From NCBI GenBank assembly GCA_963666365.2, contig CAXXNF010000002.1, forward strand, positions 256,001 through 320,000: a DNA stretch of 64,000 nt, given 5' to 3'. This DNA is from Syntrophales bacterium (GTDB taxonomy: Bacteria > Desulfobacterota > Syntrophia > Syntrophales > UBA2210). Of the stretch, positions 52,912 to 62,898 are shown in pieces. The position numbers were made by a program, and so were the translations under genes. Positions within the stretch are counted from its first letter, which is position 1. The number at the start of each line of letters is the position of its first letter. Under the pieces are notes generated by a model, which did not search any database, was not told the origin of the DNA, and saw only the letters and a list, made by a program, of their open reading frames with translations.

Positions 52912-52940
52912 TTGACAGGACGAACGTATTTTATTATTAC
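52912..52940 (+). promoter_or_regulatory. Putative sigma70 promoter of the tRNA pair
   Basis: TTGACA-17nt-TATTAC, 13 nt before tRNA-Gly. Confidence 0.55.
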
Positions 52941-52953
52941 TAGCCCACATTGA

Positions 52954-53028
52954 GCGGGCGTAACTCAGTGGTAGAGTGCCACCTTGCCAAGGTGGACGTC
53001 GTGGGTTCAAATCCCATCGCCCGCTCCA
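52954..53028 (+). tRNA. tRNA-Gly (GCC)
   Basis: Cloverleaf GCGGGCG.../CGCCCGC, anticodon loop TTGCCAA, T loop GTTCAAATC, encoded CCA. Confidence 0.97.
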
Positions 53029-53037
53029 TTTTATTAG

Positions 53038-53113
53038 GGCGGCATAGCCAAGTGGCCAAGGCAGCGGTCTGCAAAACCGTTATTCCCCGGTTCGAATCCG
53101 GGTGCCGCCTCCA
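53038..53113 (+). tRNA. tRNA-Cys (GCA)
   Basis: GGCGGCA.../TGCCGCC acceptor stem, anticodon loop CTGCAAA, GTTCGAATC, U73 discriminator, encoded CCA. Confidence 0.97.
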
Positions 53114-53121
53114 GCGATTGC

Positions 53122-53157
53122 AAGGGGTTGTGATTTGATAGAAATCCAACCCCTTTT
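53122..53157 (+). terminator. Terminator after the tRNAs
   Basis: AAGGGGTTG...CAACCCCTTTT. Confidence 0.6.
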
Positions 53158-53439
53158 CAATCTTCAGTCCTTTCACCCTGCGGAATACTGTTCCACACCT
53201 CGTACGCGTCAAGGGCTTTGAAAACATTTTCATCATTGACTTCATCAAAATGATTGGTTTATAACCCTACACGGGGTATCTGTGTATCCCGCAATTCGTG
53301 TCTCATGTCGCCTGTCCGGTGGGGGAGTAAAAAAGGCGCGTCACTTGATCAACGGCATCTCTGTACGCGCCGGTCATAGTCAACTTTTTTCTGCAGTGTA
53401 AATATAACGGAATCGTAACATCGAAAGGGGGGACTTTCT

Positions 53440-54909
53440 ATGATCGGAATTACGTCCTATGGGGGGTATATTCCTCGATTGCGGCTCAGCAGAATGAAAA
53501 TCGTAGAACACATGGCCTGGTATTTTCCGGTGATCATGGCAGTGGCGGGGGGAGAAAAGGCGGTGGCACACTGGGATGAAGATGCCTTGACCATGGCGGT
53601 GGCCGCCGCCTATGACTGTCTTTCGGGGAGGGAAAGAAACGCGCTCGATGGCATCTATCTCGCCTCTACGACTCTTCCCTTTGCCGATATGCTCAATTCA
53701 TCCATTCTTGCCACGGCGGTAAATGCAGGCGAAAAGGGGTTGGACTGTGCCGATATGACCGGTTCGCTCAGAGCGGGGACCATTGCCATGTGCAGGGCCC
53801 TGGACGCCGTCGCGTCGGGGACGAAGGAGAATGTCCTTGTGGTTGCCTCGGATCAGAGGAGAACGAAAATGGCAACCATGTACGAGATGTTTCTCGGTGA
53901 CGGCGCCGCGGCTCTTCAATTCGGGAAGGAGCATGTGATTGCCCGTTACCTGGGCGGCTATTCCTATACCAGCTGCTTTGCCGACCATTACCGTGGATGG
54001 GACAAGGCGTTCGATTATGCTTGGGAGGAACGGTGGGTGCGGGATGAGGGCTTCGCGAAGATCATTCCCGAGGCAATTTCGGAATTCTGTGACACGATGC
54101 ATATGTCGCCGGGTGATTTTGACAGGATCGTCTATCCCTGTTATTTTTCCGGTACGCACCGATCCATAGCGAAGTCGCTTGGGGTGGATTACGGACGAGT
54201 TCAGGACAATCTCCATTCCCTTACAGGTGATACCGGCACAGCCCATCCGCTGATCATGTGTGCGGCGGCACTGGAGGCGGCACAGCCGGGGGATCGGCTT
54301 CTCGTCGCGGGATTCGGTCAAGGGTGCGACGTGCTTGCCTTTGAAGTGACGGAAGAGTTTGCCGGTTTCGAAAGATCCCGAGGGATAGCCCGGTCGCTTG
54401 CTCGAAAGGCCGAACTGACGAATTACCTGAAGTATGCGAAGTTCAGAGACCTGATCATGGCGGACCTCGGGATTCGGGGAGAGGCGAATCCGAATACTTC
54501 CCTTACCGATTTATGGAGAAAACGGAAGATGATCACGGGTCTAGTGGGAGCGAAATGCCGGGTCTGCGGCACGCCGCAATATGCAACCACATCGGTCTGC
54601 GTGAATCCGGAGTGCAATGCCGTTGACAATTTTGAGGAGTACCGTTTTGCCGACAAAGAGGGAAAGGTGCTCATGTATACGGGGGATCTCCTGGCGCCTT
54701 CGGTGGACCCTCCCGCCGTGTACGGAATGGTGGAATTCAACGGAGGAGGGCGCATCTTTCTTGATTTTACCGATTGCACACTGGAGGAATTGTCGGTGGG
54801 GATGCCCGTGTCGCTTTCTTTCAGGATAAAATCGCGGGATCGCATGCGAGGATTTACCCGCTATTTCTGGAAAGCAGTGTCGCAGGTACAGGAAGGGAAG
54901 GGGGTGTAA
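53440..54909 (+). CDS. HMG-CoA-synthase-like fold fused to DUF35 (Zn-ribbon + OB fold)
   Basis: 'GITSYGGYIPRLR', 'DEDALTMAV', 'GDGAAA', 'GDTGTAH'; C-terminal 'CRVCGTPQY...CVNPEC' and 'YFWKA'. Confidence 0.88.
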   Translation: MIGITSYGGYIPRLRLSRMKIVEHMAWYFPVIMAVAGGEKAVAHWDEDALTMAVAAAYDCLSGRERNALDGIYLASTTLPFADMLNSSILATAVNAGEKGLDCADMTGSLRAGTIAMCRALDAVASGTKENVLVVASDQRRTKMATMYEMFLGDGAAALQFGKEHVIARYLGGYSYTSCFADHYRGWDKAFDYAWEERWVRDEGFAKIIPEAISEFCDTMHMSPGDFDRIVYPCYFSGTHRSIAKSLGVDYGRVQDNLHSLTGDTGTAHPLIMCAAALEAAQPGDRLLVAGFGQGCDVLAFEVTEEFAGFERSRGIARSLARKAELTNYLKYAKFRDLIMADLGIRGEANPNTSLTDLWRKRKMITGLVGAKCRVCGTPQYATTSVCVNPECNAVDNFEEYRFADKEGKVLMYTGDLLAPSVDPPAVYGMVEFNGGGRIFLDFTDCTLEELSVGMPVSLSFRIKSRDRMRGFTRYFWKAVSQVQEGKGV

Positions 54910-54912
54910 GCG

Positions 54913-56121
54913 ATGGCCAGAGGTATTAAAGACACGGTTGCGATTATCGGCATGGGCTGCACCGCCTTTGGCGAACGGTGGGATATGGGGTCGGAAGACC
55001 TTATTGTGGAAGCATTTCAGGAATGTCTCGCCGATGCGGGAATCGAGAAGCGCGAAATTGAGGCGGCCTGGTTCGGTTCCTGCTTTGATGAGATAAATGT
55101 GGGGAAAAGCGGAATTCCCCTTTCCGTCTCGCTGCGTCTGCCCAACATTTCCGTTACCCGTGTGGAAAATTACTGTGCCACCGGCACCGAGGCCTTTCGC
55201 GGCGCCTGTTATGCCGTCGCCGCGGGCGCCTATGATATCGTGCTGGCACTGGGGTGTGAAAAGTTGAAGGACATAGGATACGGCGGACTGCCCGAATTCA
55301 GTTCCGCCATGGGAGTGACCACGCAGATGATGTTTCCCAATGTGACCGCCCCCGGCGGGTTTGCCATGCTTGCCACGGCCTATGCCGCACAATACGGTCT
55401 TGACATGAACGATGTCAAAAGGGCGATGGCCCATGTCTCAGCAAAGAGCCATGCCAATGGTGCGCTCAATCCCAAGGCGCACTTGAGAAAACCGGTGACG
55501 GAAGAACAGATTCTGGGCGCCCCCATGATTGCCTATCCGCTGGGCCTTTTCGATTGCTGCGGTGTCAGCGACGGCGCCGCCTGCGCGATTATCACGACGA
55601 CGGATATGGCGAAAAAACTGGGGAAGAGGGATTTCGTCACTGTCAAGGCCCTGCAGCTTTCGCTGAGCAACGGCGAGGAAATGCAGTACAGCAACTGGAA
55701 CGGTGCCCATTTTGTCACGGCATCGAAGGCGAGCGCCGAAGCCTACAGGGAGGCCGGCATCGCACATCCGAGAGAAGAGATCAGCATGATGGAAGTGCAC
55801 GACTGTTTCTCAATTACCGAGCTCGTCACCATGGAGGATCTCCACATATCGGAGCGAGGGAAGGCTTCCATCGATGTGATGGACGGCTTTTTTGATCGTG
55901 ACGGCACACTTCCCTGTCAGATCGACGGGGGACTCAAATGTTTTGGTCATCCCATCGGGGCATCGGGACTTCGCATGCTCTATGAGATGTATCTGCAGCT
56001 TCAGGGGAGGGCGGGCGAAAGGCAGCTTCCGGACCCCCGATACGGTCTTACGCATAATCTGGGGGGATTTCCCTTTATGAACGTCTGCAGCGTCGCCATC
56101 GTCGGAAGGTATGGTGCATGA
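54913..56121 (+). CDS. SCP2-type thiolase (acetyl-CoA acetyltransferase family)
   Basis: 'VENYCATG', 'DCCGVSDGAA', 'EVHDCF', 'GHPIGASG', 'THNLGG'. Confidence 0.92.
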   Translation: MARGIKDTVAIIGMGCTAFGERWDMGSEDLIVEAFQECLADAGIEKREIEAAWFGSCFDEINVGKSGIPLSVSLRLPNISVTRVENYCATGTEAFRGACYAVAAGAYDIVLALGCEKLKDIGYGGLPEFSSAMGVTTQMMFPNVTAPGGFAMLATAYAAQYGLDMNDVKRAMAHVSAKSHANGALNPKAHLRKPVTEEQILGAPMIAYPLGLFDCCGVSDGAACAIITTTDMAKKLGKRDFVTVKALQLSLSNGEEMQYSNWNGAHFVTASKASAEAYREAGIAHPREEISMMEVHDCFSITELVTMEDLHISERGKASIDVMDGFFDRDGTLPCQIDGGLKCFGHPIGASGLRMLYEMYLQLQGRAGERQLPDPRYGLTHNLGGFPFMNVCSVAIVGRYGA

Positions 56122-57266
56122 AGATGGAGATCATACACTACAGTGAAGCCCATCGAATATTCAGAGAGACCTTGAGAAAATACCTGGAAAGGGAAGTGAT
56201 TCCCTTTGTAGATGCCTGGGAAGAGGAGGGCATCGTTCCCCGCAATGTCTGGAAAAAGCTTGGAGCGCAGGGCTATCTCTGTATGGATGTGCCCGAGGAA
56301 TACGGAGGGGCGGGGGCCGATTTTCTCTATTCTGTCATATTGACGGAAGAAATAACGAAGACCAATCAATCGGGGCTGTGTACGACCCTTCACAATGACA
56401 TCGTGGTACCTTATATTACAGCATTCGCTTCGGAGGAACTTAAACGGAAATACCTGCCCGGCTGTATATCGGGTGACATCATCACGGCAATTGCCATGAC
56501 GGAGCCCGATGCGGGGAGCGATCTTGCCGCAATGCGGACTACTGCCCGTGAGGAGGGTGATGATATCGTAATAAACGGCCAAAAAACCTTTATCAGTAAC
56601 GGCATCAACTGCGGAATCGTAATTGTGGCGACAAAGGATCCGAAAATAAAAGATCCCTACAGGGCAGTAGATCTTTACATCGTCGAAGAAGGGACCCCGG
56701 GTTTTGACAAGGGGAAAAAGATCAAAAAGGTAGGCTGGCACAGCCAGGATACGGCGGAGCTTTATTTTACGGACTGCAGAATTCCCAAAGCGAATCGCCT
56801 CGGCGACAAGGGATCGGGTTTTTTGTATCTCATGCAGAAACTGCAGCAGGAACGACTCGTCTGCGCCATAGGCGCCCAGGCGGCGGCGGAATACATGCTC
56901 GAGATTACCACAGAGTACTGCAAGAAAAGAACCGCTTTCGGCAGGGCCATTTCAAAATTTCAACACGTCCAGTTCGAACTTGTCGAAATGGCGACGGAAG
57001 TAAAACTCGGAAGGACGTTTCTGGACAAACTCGTCTGTGAGCATATGGAAAAGAACGACATTGTGGTTGACGTATCAATGGCAAAGTATTGGATTACGGA
57101 GATGGCAAATCGGGTGGCCGATCGGTGCGTGCAGCTTCACGGTGGGTACGGCTACTGCGAGGAGTACCCCATTGCCCGTGCATGGCGCGATATCAGGGTC
57201 ACACGCATATTTGCAGGCGCCAATGAAATCATGAAAGGAATTGCCGCCAAGTGTATGGGCTTGTGA
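56118..57266 (+). CDS. Acyl-CoA dehydrogenase (long-chain-type)
   Basis: 'IAMTEPDAGSDL', 'NGQKTFISNG', 'QDTAELYF', 'QERL', 'QLHGGYGY'. Confidence 0.95.
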   Translation: MKMEIIHYSEAHRIFRETLRKYLEREVIPFVDAWEEEGIVPRNVWKKLGAQGYLCMDVPEEYGGAGADFLYSVILTEEITKTNQSGLCTTLHNDIVVPYITAFASEELKRKYLPGCISGDIITAIAMTEPDAGSDLAAMRTTAREEGDDIVINGQKTFISNGINCGIVIVATKDPKIKDPYRAVDLYIVEEGTPGFDKGKKIKKVGWHSQDTAELYFTDCRIPKANRLGDKGSGFLYLMQKLQQERLVCAIGAQAAAEYMLEITTEYCKKRTAFGRAISKFQHVQFELVEMATEVKLGRTFLDKLVCEHMEKNDIVVDVSMAKYWITEMANRVADRCVQLHGGYGYCEEYPIARAWRDIRVTRIFAGANEIMKGIAAKCMGL

Positions 57267-57406
57267 GTGTTGCTTTATCGATGTGAGACAATTGTTTGAA
57301 AACTTATTGGCGGAGTACCGTGAAGTCTTTCGTTTCCATAGTGCCCCTCCCGGGAAGAGACCATAAGGTTTTTAAAGGACCTGCTAATCAATATACCCTC
57401 TGAATT

Positions 57407-57441
57407 TCCTGCGCTTCGACATTCCTTGTCGAAGCGCAGGA
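57407..57441. terminator. Perfect 15-bp hairpin (terminator or repeat)
   Basis: TCCTGCGCTTCGACA-TTCCT-TGTCGAAGCGCAGGA followed by a pyrimidine tract. Confidence 0.55.
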
Positions 57442-57668
57442 CTTCCGCTTCCTTTCTTTTTTCTTAACCGTACAATCTTTTTACATAATCTTTATAGCGA
57501 AAATAGACCCGCCAGTGCAGGTGTTCTTTCCATAAAAGAAAGGTGTTGGTCCGAAAGGTTTTCAGAATTTGCGAACTCATAAATCCGGATTCTGCCTATT
57601 GTGAAAAGTTATAAGATTTTTTAAATAATACCAACAATTTAAGATGCACCTGCGAATTGGAGGATATA

Positions 57669-59795
57669 ATGGAAGATAAATCAGACGATATGAAACGCCT
57701 CTTCGAACCGAAATCGGTTCTCGTTGTCGGAGCATCCCGTGAAGAGACAAAAATCGGATATAAGGTTATTCGGAATATGGTGTATGCAGGATACAATGGG
57801 TTGGTATTCCCCGTTAATCCGAAGGGAGGTGAGGTTCTCGGATACCCTATCTACACGAGTATTGATGAGATAGAGGTAGGGGACGAGGGCATCGACATGG
57901 GGATCATAATTGTTCCGGCAAAGTTTGTCTACCAAGCCATTGAAAGTTGTGCACGAAAGAAAGTAAAACACAATCTTATAATTTCTTCGGGGTTTTCCGA
58001 AATAGGCAACAATAAGGAAGAAACAAGGATTGTACGCTTTGCCCGTGAAAACGGAATGCGTGTACTTGGACCGAATATGTTCGGTATCTACTCAAGAAAC
58101 GCTCCTATCAACTGTACTTTCGGTGTCAAGGATGTGAATCCGGGAGAGGTTGCCATTATTACGCAAAGCGGCGCAATCGGCTTGTCAATGATGGGAAGAA
58201 CCGTGGTAGAGAACATAGGCCTATCGGCAATAGCGGCCGTTGGAAACAAGGCCGACCTCGATGAAGCGGATCTATTACAATATCTGATGTATGATGATAA
58301 TACGAGAGTCGTTCTCATGTACATCGAGGGAATCAAAAACGGTGATCGTTTTGTCGAAGCACTTGAAGGGACGACAAAAGTAAAACCGGTTATTATTATA
58401 AAGTCGGGTCGTTCCAAGAGAGGTGCCATGGCAGCCGCTTCGCATACAGGGTCTCTTGCGGGAGAAGATAATGTATTTGACGATATTATGCGTCAATGCG
58501 GTGTGTTGAGAGCGGACACAATCAACGAGGCGTTGAGTTGGTGTAAGTTCATATCTCACAACCCGCTGCCACGGGGAGAAAATTCGGTCATTGTGACAAA
58601 TGGGGGAGGGGTTGGCGTTCTCTGCACCGATGCGTGCGAAAAGTATAACATACAACTTTACGATGATGCCCAAACATTGCGGGAGGTCTTTACTCCGGTA
58701 ACCCCGGAACTCGGTTCCGTGAAAAATCCCATCGATATCACCGGGCAGGCCATGTCCGGAGCGTACAGCGAAGCGCTTGATGCTGCGCTCTCGTGCGATG
58801 GTATCGATACTGTTTTTGCCCTCTATTGCGAAAAAGAAGGATTCTCCGAACAAGAATTTTCGAAAATGATAAAGGACAACTATGATAAGTTTCAAAAGAC
58901 AGACAAGGTCATTTCATTTTCCATATTTGGCGGCGAAGTCGTTGATCACTGTTTGAAAGGCTTGGGAAAAATGAAAATCCCGGTGTACGGCGATGTCTAC
59001 GACGCCGTATCGCCCGTTGGCGCCGTCTACTCCTATTATAGGTATTTGAAGAATTGTGGCGGCGTGAAGGTCGATATCGATCTGAATTTTGATTCAATTG
59101 ACAAGATAGTTGCTGATGTAAAGAAACAGGACCGTTTTTTCCTGCTTGCCCATGAAGCACAGAAAATTATGAATATCGCCGGTATCAAAATCCCTGAGAC
59201 CCGAATTGCGTCCTCCCTCAAGGATGCGGTGCAGTCGGCCGAAGAGATAGGCTATCCTGTGGTTATGAAAGTTGTTTCGAAGGATATCATTCATAAAAGC
59301 GATGCCGGAGGCATTGCTCTCGATCTCATAAACGAAAGTGAAGTGGCCGACGCCTACGAAGCAATCATGAAAAACTGTCGTGCCAAAGTTCCAAACGCGC
59401 TTATTGAAGGGGTAGAAGTTGCTGAAATGGTGCAAGAAGGAACTGAATTTATTGTAGGGGCAAAAATCGACAAGTCCTTCGGACCTATCGTAATGGTAGG
59501 TCTCGGGGGCATCTATGTGGAGGTTATGAAGGACGTTGCATTTAGAGCTTTTCCCCTTAAGCAAAAAGACGTAGTGTCAATGATACAACAAATCAGATCG
59601 TATCCGCTTCTTTTGGGTGTTCGGGGCGAGGAACGCAAGGATATTGAAGCGCTCGTTGATTCGATCATCAAACTCGGATCGATCATATATAGATGCCACG
59701 GAATAAGCGATATAGAAGTTAACCCCGTTCTTGTTTATGAGCAGGGAATGGGAGTCAAAGCGTTAGATGTAAGGATTTTACTTTCAAGAGACTAG
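57669..59795 (+). CDS. ADP-forming acetate/acyl-CoA ligase, alpha-beta fusion
   Basis: CoA-binding N-terminus, 'AASHTGSLAG' (His-alpha), 'TNGGGVG', ATP-grasp domain with 'IHKSDAGG' (His-beta), 'GLGGIYVE'. Confidence 0.93.
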   Translation: MEDKSDDMKRLFEPKSVLVVGASREETKIGYKVIRNMVYAGYNGLVFPVNPKGGEVLGYPIYTSIDEIEVGDEGIDMGIIIVPAKFVYQAIESCARKKVKHNLIISSGFSEIGNNKEETRIVRFARENGMRVLGPNMFGIYSRNAPINCTFGVKDVNPGEVAIITQSGAIGLSMMGRTVVENIGLSAIAAVGNKADLDEADLLQYLMYDDNTRVVLMYIEGIKNGDRFVEALEGTTKVKPVIIIKSGRSKRGAMAAASHTGSLAGEDNVFDDIMRQCGVLRADTINEALSWCKFISHNPLPRGENSVIVTNGGGVGVLCTDACEKYNIQLYDDAQTLREVFTPVTPELGSVKNPIDITGQAMSGAYSEALDAALSCDGIDTVFALYCEKEGFSEQEFSKMIKDNYDKFQKTDKVISFSIFGGEVVDHCLKGLGKMKIPVYGDVYDAVSPVGAVYSYYRYLKNCGGVKVDIDLNFDSIDKIVADVKKQDRFFLLAHEAQKIMNIAGIKIPETRIASSLKDAVQSAEEIGYPVVMKVVSKDIIHKSDAGGIALDLINESEVADAYEAIMKNCRAKVPNALIEGVEVAEMVQEGTEFIVGAKIDKSFGPIVMVGLGGIYVEVMKDVAFRAFPLKQKDVVSMIQQIRSYPLLLGVRGEERKDIEALVDSIIKLGSIIYRCHGISDIEVNPVLVYEQGMGVKALDVRILLSRD

Positions 59796-59799
59796 AGAG

Positions 59800-60843
59800 G
59801 TGACAAGGATGGATACAACAATTATTGCATCGACTCGCAAGAATGCCGGCAAAACCAGTCTTATCGTCGGTATTGCGAAATATTTGGATAAGGACTTTAA
59901 ATATCTGAAACCTTACGGCGATAAGCTTTATTACCGGAAGAAACTGCTCTGGGATTACGATGCGGCGTTGATGACCAACATATTTGACATGGGCGAGAAT
60001 CCCGAGCGTATGAGTATCGGCTTCGAGCATTCAAAGATCAGGTATAGATACACGGAAGAGACGCTCATTGCAAAGCTGAAGGAAATGGTTGCCGATGTCG
60101 AGCGGGACTGCAAATGTCTTTTCATAGAGGCGGCAGAAACGCTTTCCTATGGGGCCTATGCGCACCTCGACGCCCTTTCTCTTGCCCGCCATACCAAAGG
60201 AAAACTTGTCGTTGTGGTGAGTGGCGATGACCAAGCCATAATGGATGATATCCTTTTTCTGAAAAGATACATTAACTTGGAGGACGTTGATTTTGAGGGA
60301 ATAATCATAAACAAGGTGCTCGACATGGCCGATTTTAAGGACAAAAACATTGAGGAAATCGAGAAACTGGGAGTCAAAGTAATAGGTCTTGTTCCTCATC
60401 AGGAGGAACTGATGCATTTAACCGTTAATAATCTCATCGATCGTCTCTTTCCCAAGATTGTTGCGGGAAGCAATGGCAGCGAAAGGGTAATTAAAACCAT
60501 TTTCATCGGAGCCATGAGTGGTTCATCAGCGCTTCAAAACCTTAATTTTATACAGGGCGCCAAGAAATTGGTGATAACCAGTGGCGACAGAAGCGATATG
60601 ATTCTTGCAGCATTGGAAAGCGATACCTCTTGTATTGTCCTGACAAATGACGTGCTGCCGGATCCGACTATCATTTCGAAGGCATCGGAGCTGAGTATAC
60701 CGCTTTTGCTTGTAGCTGAAGATACCTATGCAATTGCAAAGCAAATCGAAAAAATGGAAGCGGTCCTTACGAGAGGGGATCTTGGAAAGATCGATATGCT
60801 CAAATCGACTGTCGGCGAGTATGTCAATATAAAAATGTTTTAA
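59800..60843 (+). CDS. Stand-alone Pta N-terminal protein (BioD-like P-loop + DRTGG domain)
   Basis: 'STRKNAGKT', 'YLKP', 'GIIINKV', 'ITSGDRSD'; no catalytic PTA domain. Confidence 0.85.
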   Translation: MTRMDTTIIASTRKNAGKTSLIVGIAKYLDKDFKYLKPYGDKLYYRKKLLWDYDAALMTNIFDMGENPERMSIGFEHSKIRYRYTEETLIAKLKEMVADVERDCKCLFIEAAETLSYGAYAHLDALSLARHTKGKLVVVVSGDDQAIMDDILFLKRYINLEDVDFEGIIINKVLDMADFKDKNIEEIEKLGVKVIGLVPHQEELMHLTVNNLIDRLFPKIVAGSNGSERVIKTIFIGAMSGSSALQNLNFIQGAKKLVITSGDRSDMILAALESDTSCIVLTNDVLPDPTIISKASELSIPLLLVAEDTYAIAKQIEKMEAVLTRGDLGKIDMLKSTVGEYVNIKMF

Positions 60844-61017
60844 CCATAGGTAATAAAAGTCCGTAACGTTCCGGAAATGAAGGAGACGCTCCGTTCACAG
60901 CGTGGAGCGCCTCGCACCGGGTGGCAGGTAGTGTTGTTTTTTTCACGTGACGATATGCAAGGGATAATTGATGTTGATAGGTATCAAGTTCATCGTAAAT
61001 AAGGGGACCGGAAGGTT

Positions 61018-62898
61018 ATGAGCAACGGATGGCATCAGATATACGCCAGCCGACTTACCACGGCAAAGAAGGCTTTGGGGCGGATCAAAAAAGGCGGAAG
61101 AGTGCTGATCGGTTCCGCCTGTGGTGAACCGCAGCTTCTGGTGAAGACGCTTATCGAGATAGCTCCCGATATTGCCGACACGGAAATTATTCATTTTCTC
61201 GATTTCGGTCTGGCCTCCTATACGGAGAAACGGTATACAAACCGGTTCCGTCACAATGCGCTCTTTATGGGAGAGAGGATCAGAGAAGTGATAAAGGAGG
61301 GAAGGGCCGATTATACCCCCATATTCCTCTCGGAGATCCCGCAGTTGATCCTTTCCGGTAGAATGCATCTCGATGTGGCCCTGATTCAGGTATCGCCCCC
61401 CGACGATCACGGATATGTAAGCTTGGGCATTTCCGTGGACATTACCAAGACCGCTGCTGAAGCGGCCGATTACGTGGTTGCGGAAGTGAATCCTCATATG
61501 CCGAGAACCATGGGAGATACTTTTCTCCATGTCATTGATATCGATGCCTTTGTGGAAAGCGCCGAACCGCTCCTTGAATTTCAATCCCGGTCGCCCAGCG
61601 ACATTGCGCAGAGGATCGGAGAACATATCGCACATATCATTGAAAACGAGTCTACGATTCAGACGGGTGTGGGCCGTATACCGAACTCCATATTTCCCTT
61701 TCTGAAGGATAAGAAACATCTGGGTATTCATACGGAAACGTTTACGGACGGTGTGATAGATCTCATTGAAAGCGGCGTTGTGACATGCCGCAAGAAGACG
61801 CTTCACCCGAATAAAATAATTGCCAGTTTCTGCATTGGGTCGAAAGAATTATACGAGTATGTAAACGATAACCCCTTGTTCGAGTTTCACCCCTCCCGCT
61901 ATGTAAACAACCCCTATGTGATCGCACAGAACGAAAAGATGGTATCCATCAATGCTGCCTTGACCGTCGATCTTACCGGGCAGGTCAGTTCGGATTCGCT
62001 GGGATTCAGTTTTTACAGCGGTATCGGCGGGCAGGTTGATTTTGTAAGGGGCGCCGCCATGTCGAAGCGGGGAAGATCGATTATTACGCTTCCCTCTACC
62101 ACCGACGACGGAGAGAAATCACGCATTGTACCTTTTCTTAGTGAAGGAAGCGGTGTGGTAGTAACTCGTGGCGACGTGCACTACGTGGTGACGGAATACG
62201 GGGCCGCCTATATTCATGGAAAATCCATACGGGATCGGGCCATGGCACTCATCAATATCGCCCATCCGAAATTTAGAGAAGAGTTGCTTGAGTCGGCGAA
62301 GATGCAGGGATACGTCTTTCGTGACCAGGTGCTTCCGGTCGCGATATACCCCAAGGAACTGGAAACCTACTTTACCGACAAGAAGGGGGGCGAGATATTT
62401 TTCAGGCCTGTAAGATCTACCGATGAACGAGGCATTCAGGAAATGATCTACTCGCTTCCCGAACAGGATGTCTATACCCGTTTTTTTCACAATCTCAAAT
62501 CATTTTCACACAAGATCGCCATGCCCCTTGCCGCAATCAACTACAAGGACGAGATGGCGATTGCCGGGGTCATCGGACGGGAAGAACCGGAAAGTAAGGA
62601 GGAGATAATTGCCGTGGGACGGTACATGAGAGATCCCATGACCAACTTGGCGGAAGTGGCCTTTACCGTACGTGATGAATGGCAGAACCGGGGTGTTGGC
62701 ACCTTTTTGCTTCAGTATCTCGTCAGAATCGCGAAAGAGAGGAATGTGGAAGGGTTTACCGCGAATGTACTGGCGAGAAATGATGCCATGATGGCAGTTT
62801 TTCACAAGGTGGGAAAACCCCTTCAGAGCCGTATGGAATACGGTACGTACGAGTTGAAATTCAACTTCGTCAATAATAATCAGGAAACACCAGCATAA
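61018..62898 (+). CDS. Acetyl-CoA hydrolase/CoA-transferase fused to a C-terminal GNAT acetyltransferase
   Basis: 'DVALIQVSPPD', 'LGIHTE', 'GIGGQVDFVRGA', 'VVTEYG'; GNAT 'AEVAFTVRDEWQNRGVGT..VLARN'. Confidence 0.92.
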   Translation: MSNGWHQIYASRLTTAKKALGRIKKGGRVLIGSACGEPQLLVKTLIEIAPDIADTEIIHFLDFGLASYTEKRYTNRFRHNALFMGERIREVIKEGRADYTPIFLSEIPQLILSGRMHLDVALIQVSPPDDHGYVSLGISVDITKTAAEAADYVVAEVNPHMPRTMGDTFLHVIDIDAFVESAEPLLEFQSRSPSDIAQRIGEHIAHIIENESTIQTGVGRIPNSIFPFLKDKKHLGIHTETFTDGVIDLIESGVVTCRKKTLHPNKIIASFCIGSKELYEYVNDNPLFEFHPSRYVNNPYVIAQNEKMVSINAALTVDLTGQVSSDSLGFSFYSGIGGQVDFVRGAAMSKRGRSIITLPSTTDDGEKSRIVPFLSEGSGVVVTRGDVHYVVTEYGAAYIHGKSIRDRAMALINIAHPKFREELLESAKMQGYVFRDQVLPVAIYPKELETYFTDKKGGEIFFRPVRSTDERGIQEMIYSLPEQDVYTRFFHNLKSFSHKIAMPLAAINYKDEMAIAGVIGREEPESKEEIIAVGRYMRDPMTNLAEVAFTVRDEWQNRGVGTFLLQYLVRIAKERNVEGFTANVLARNDAMMAVFHKVGKPLQSRMEYGTYELKFNFVNNNQETPA

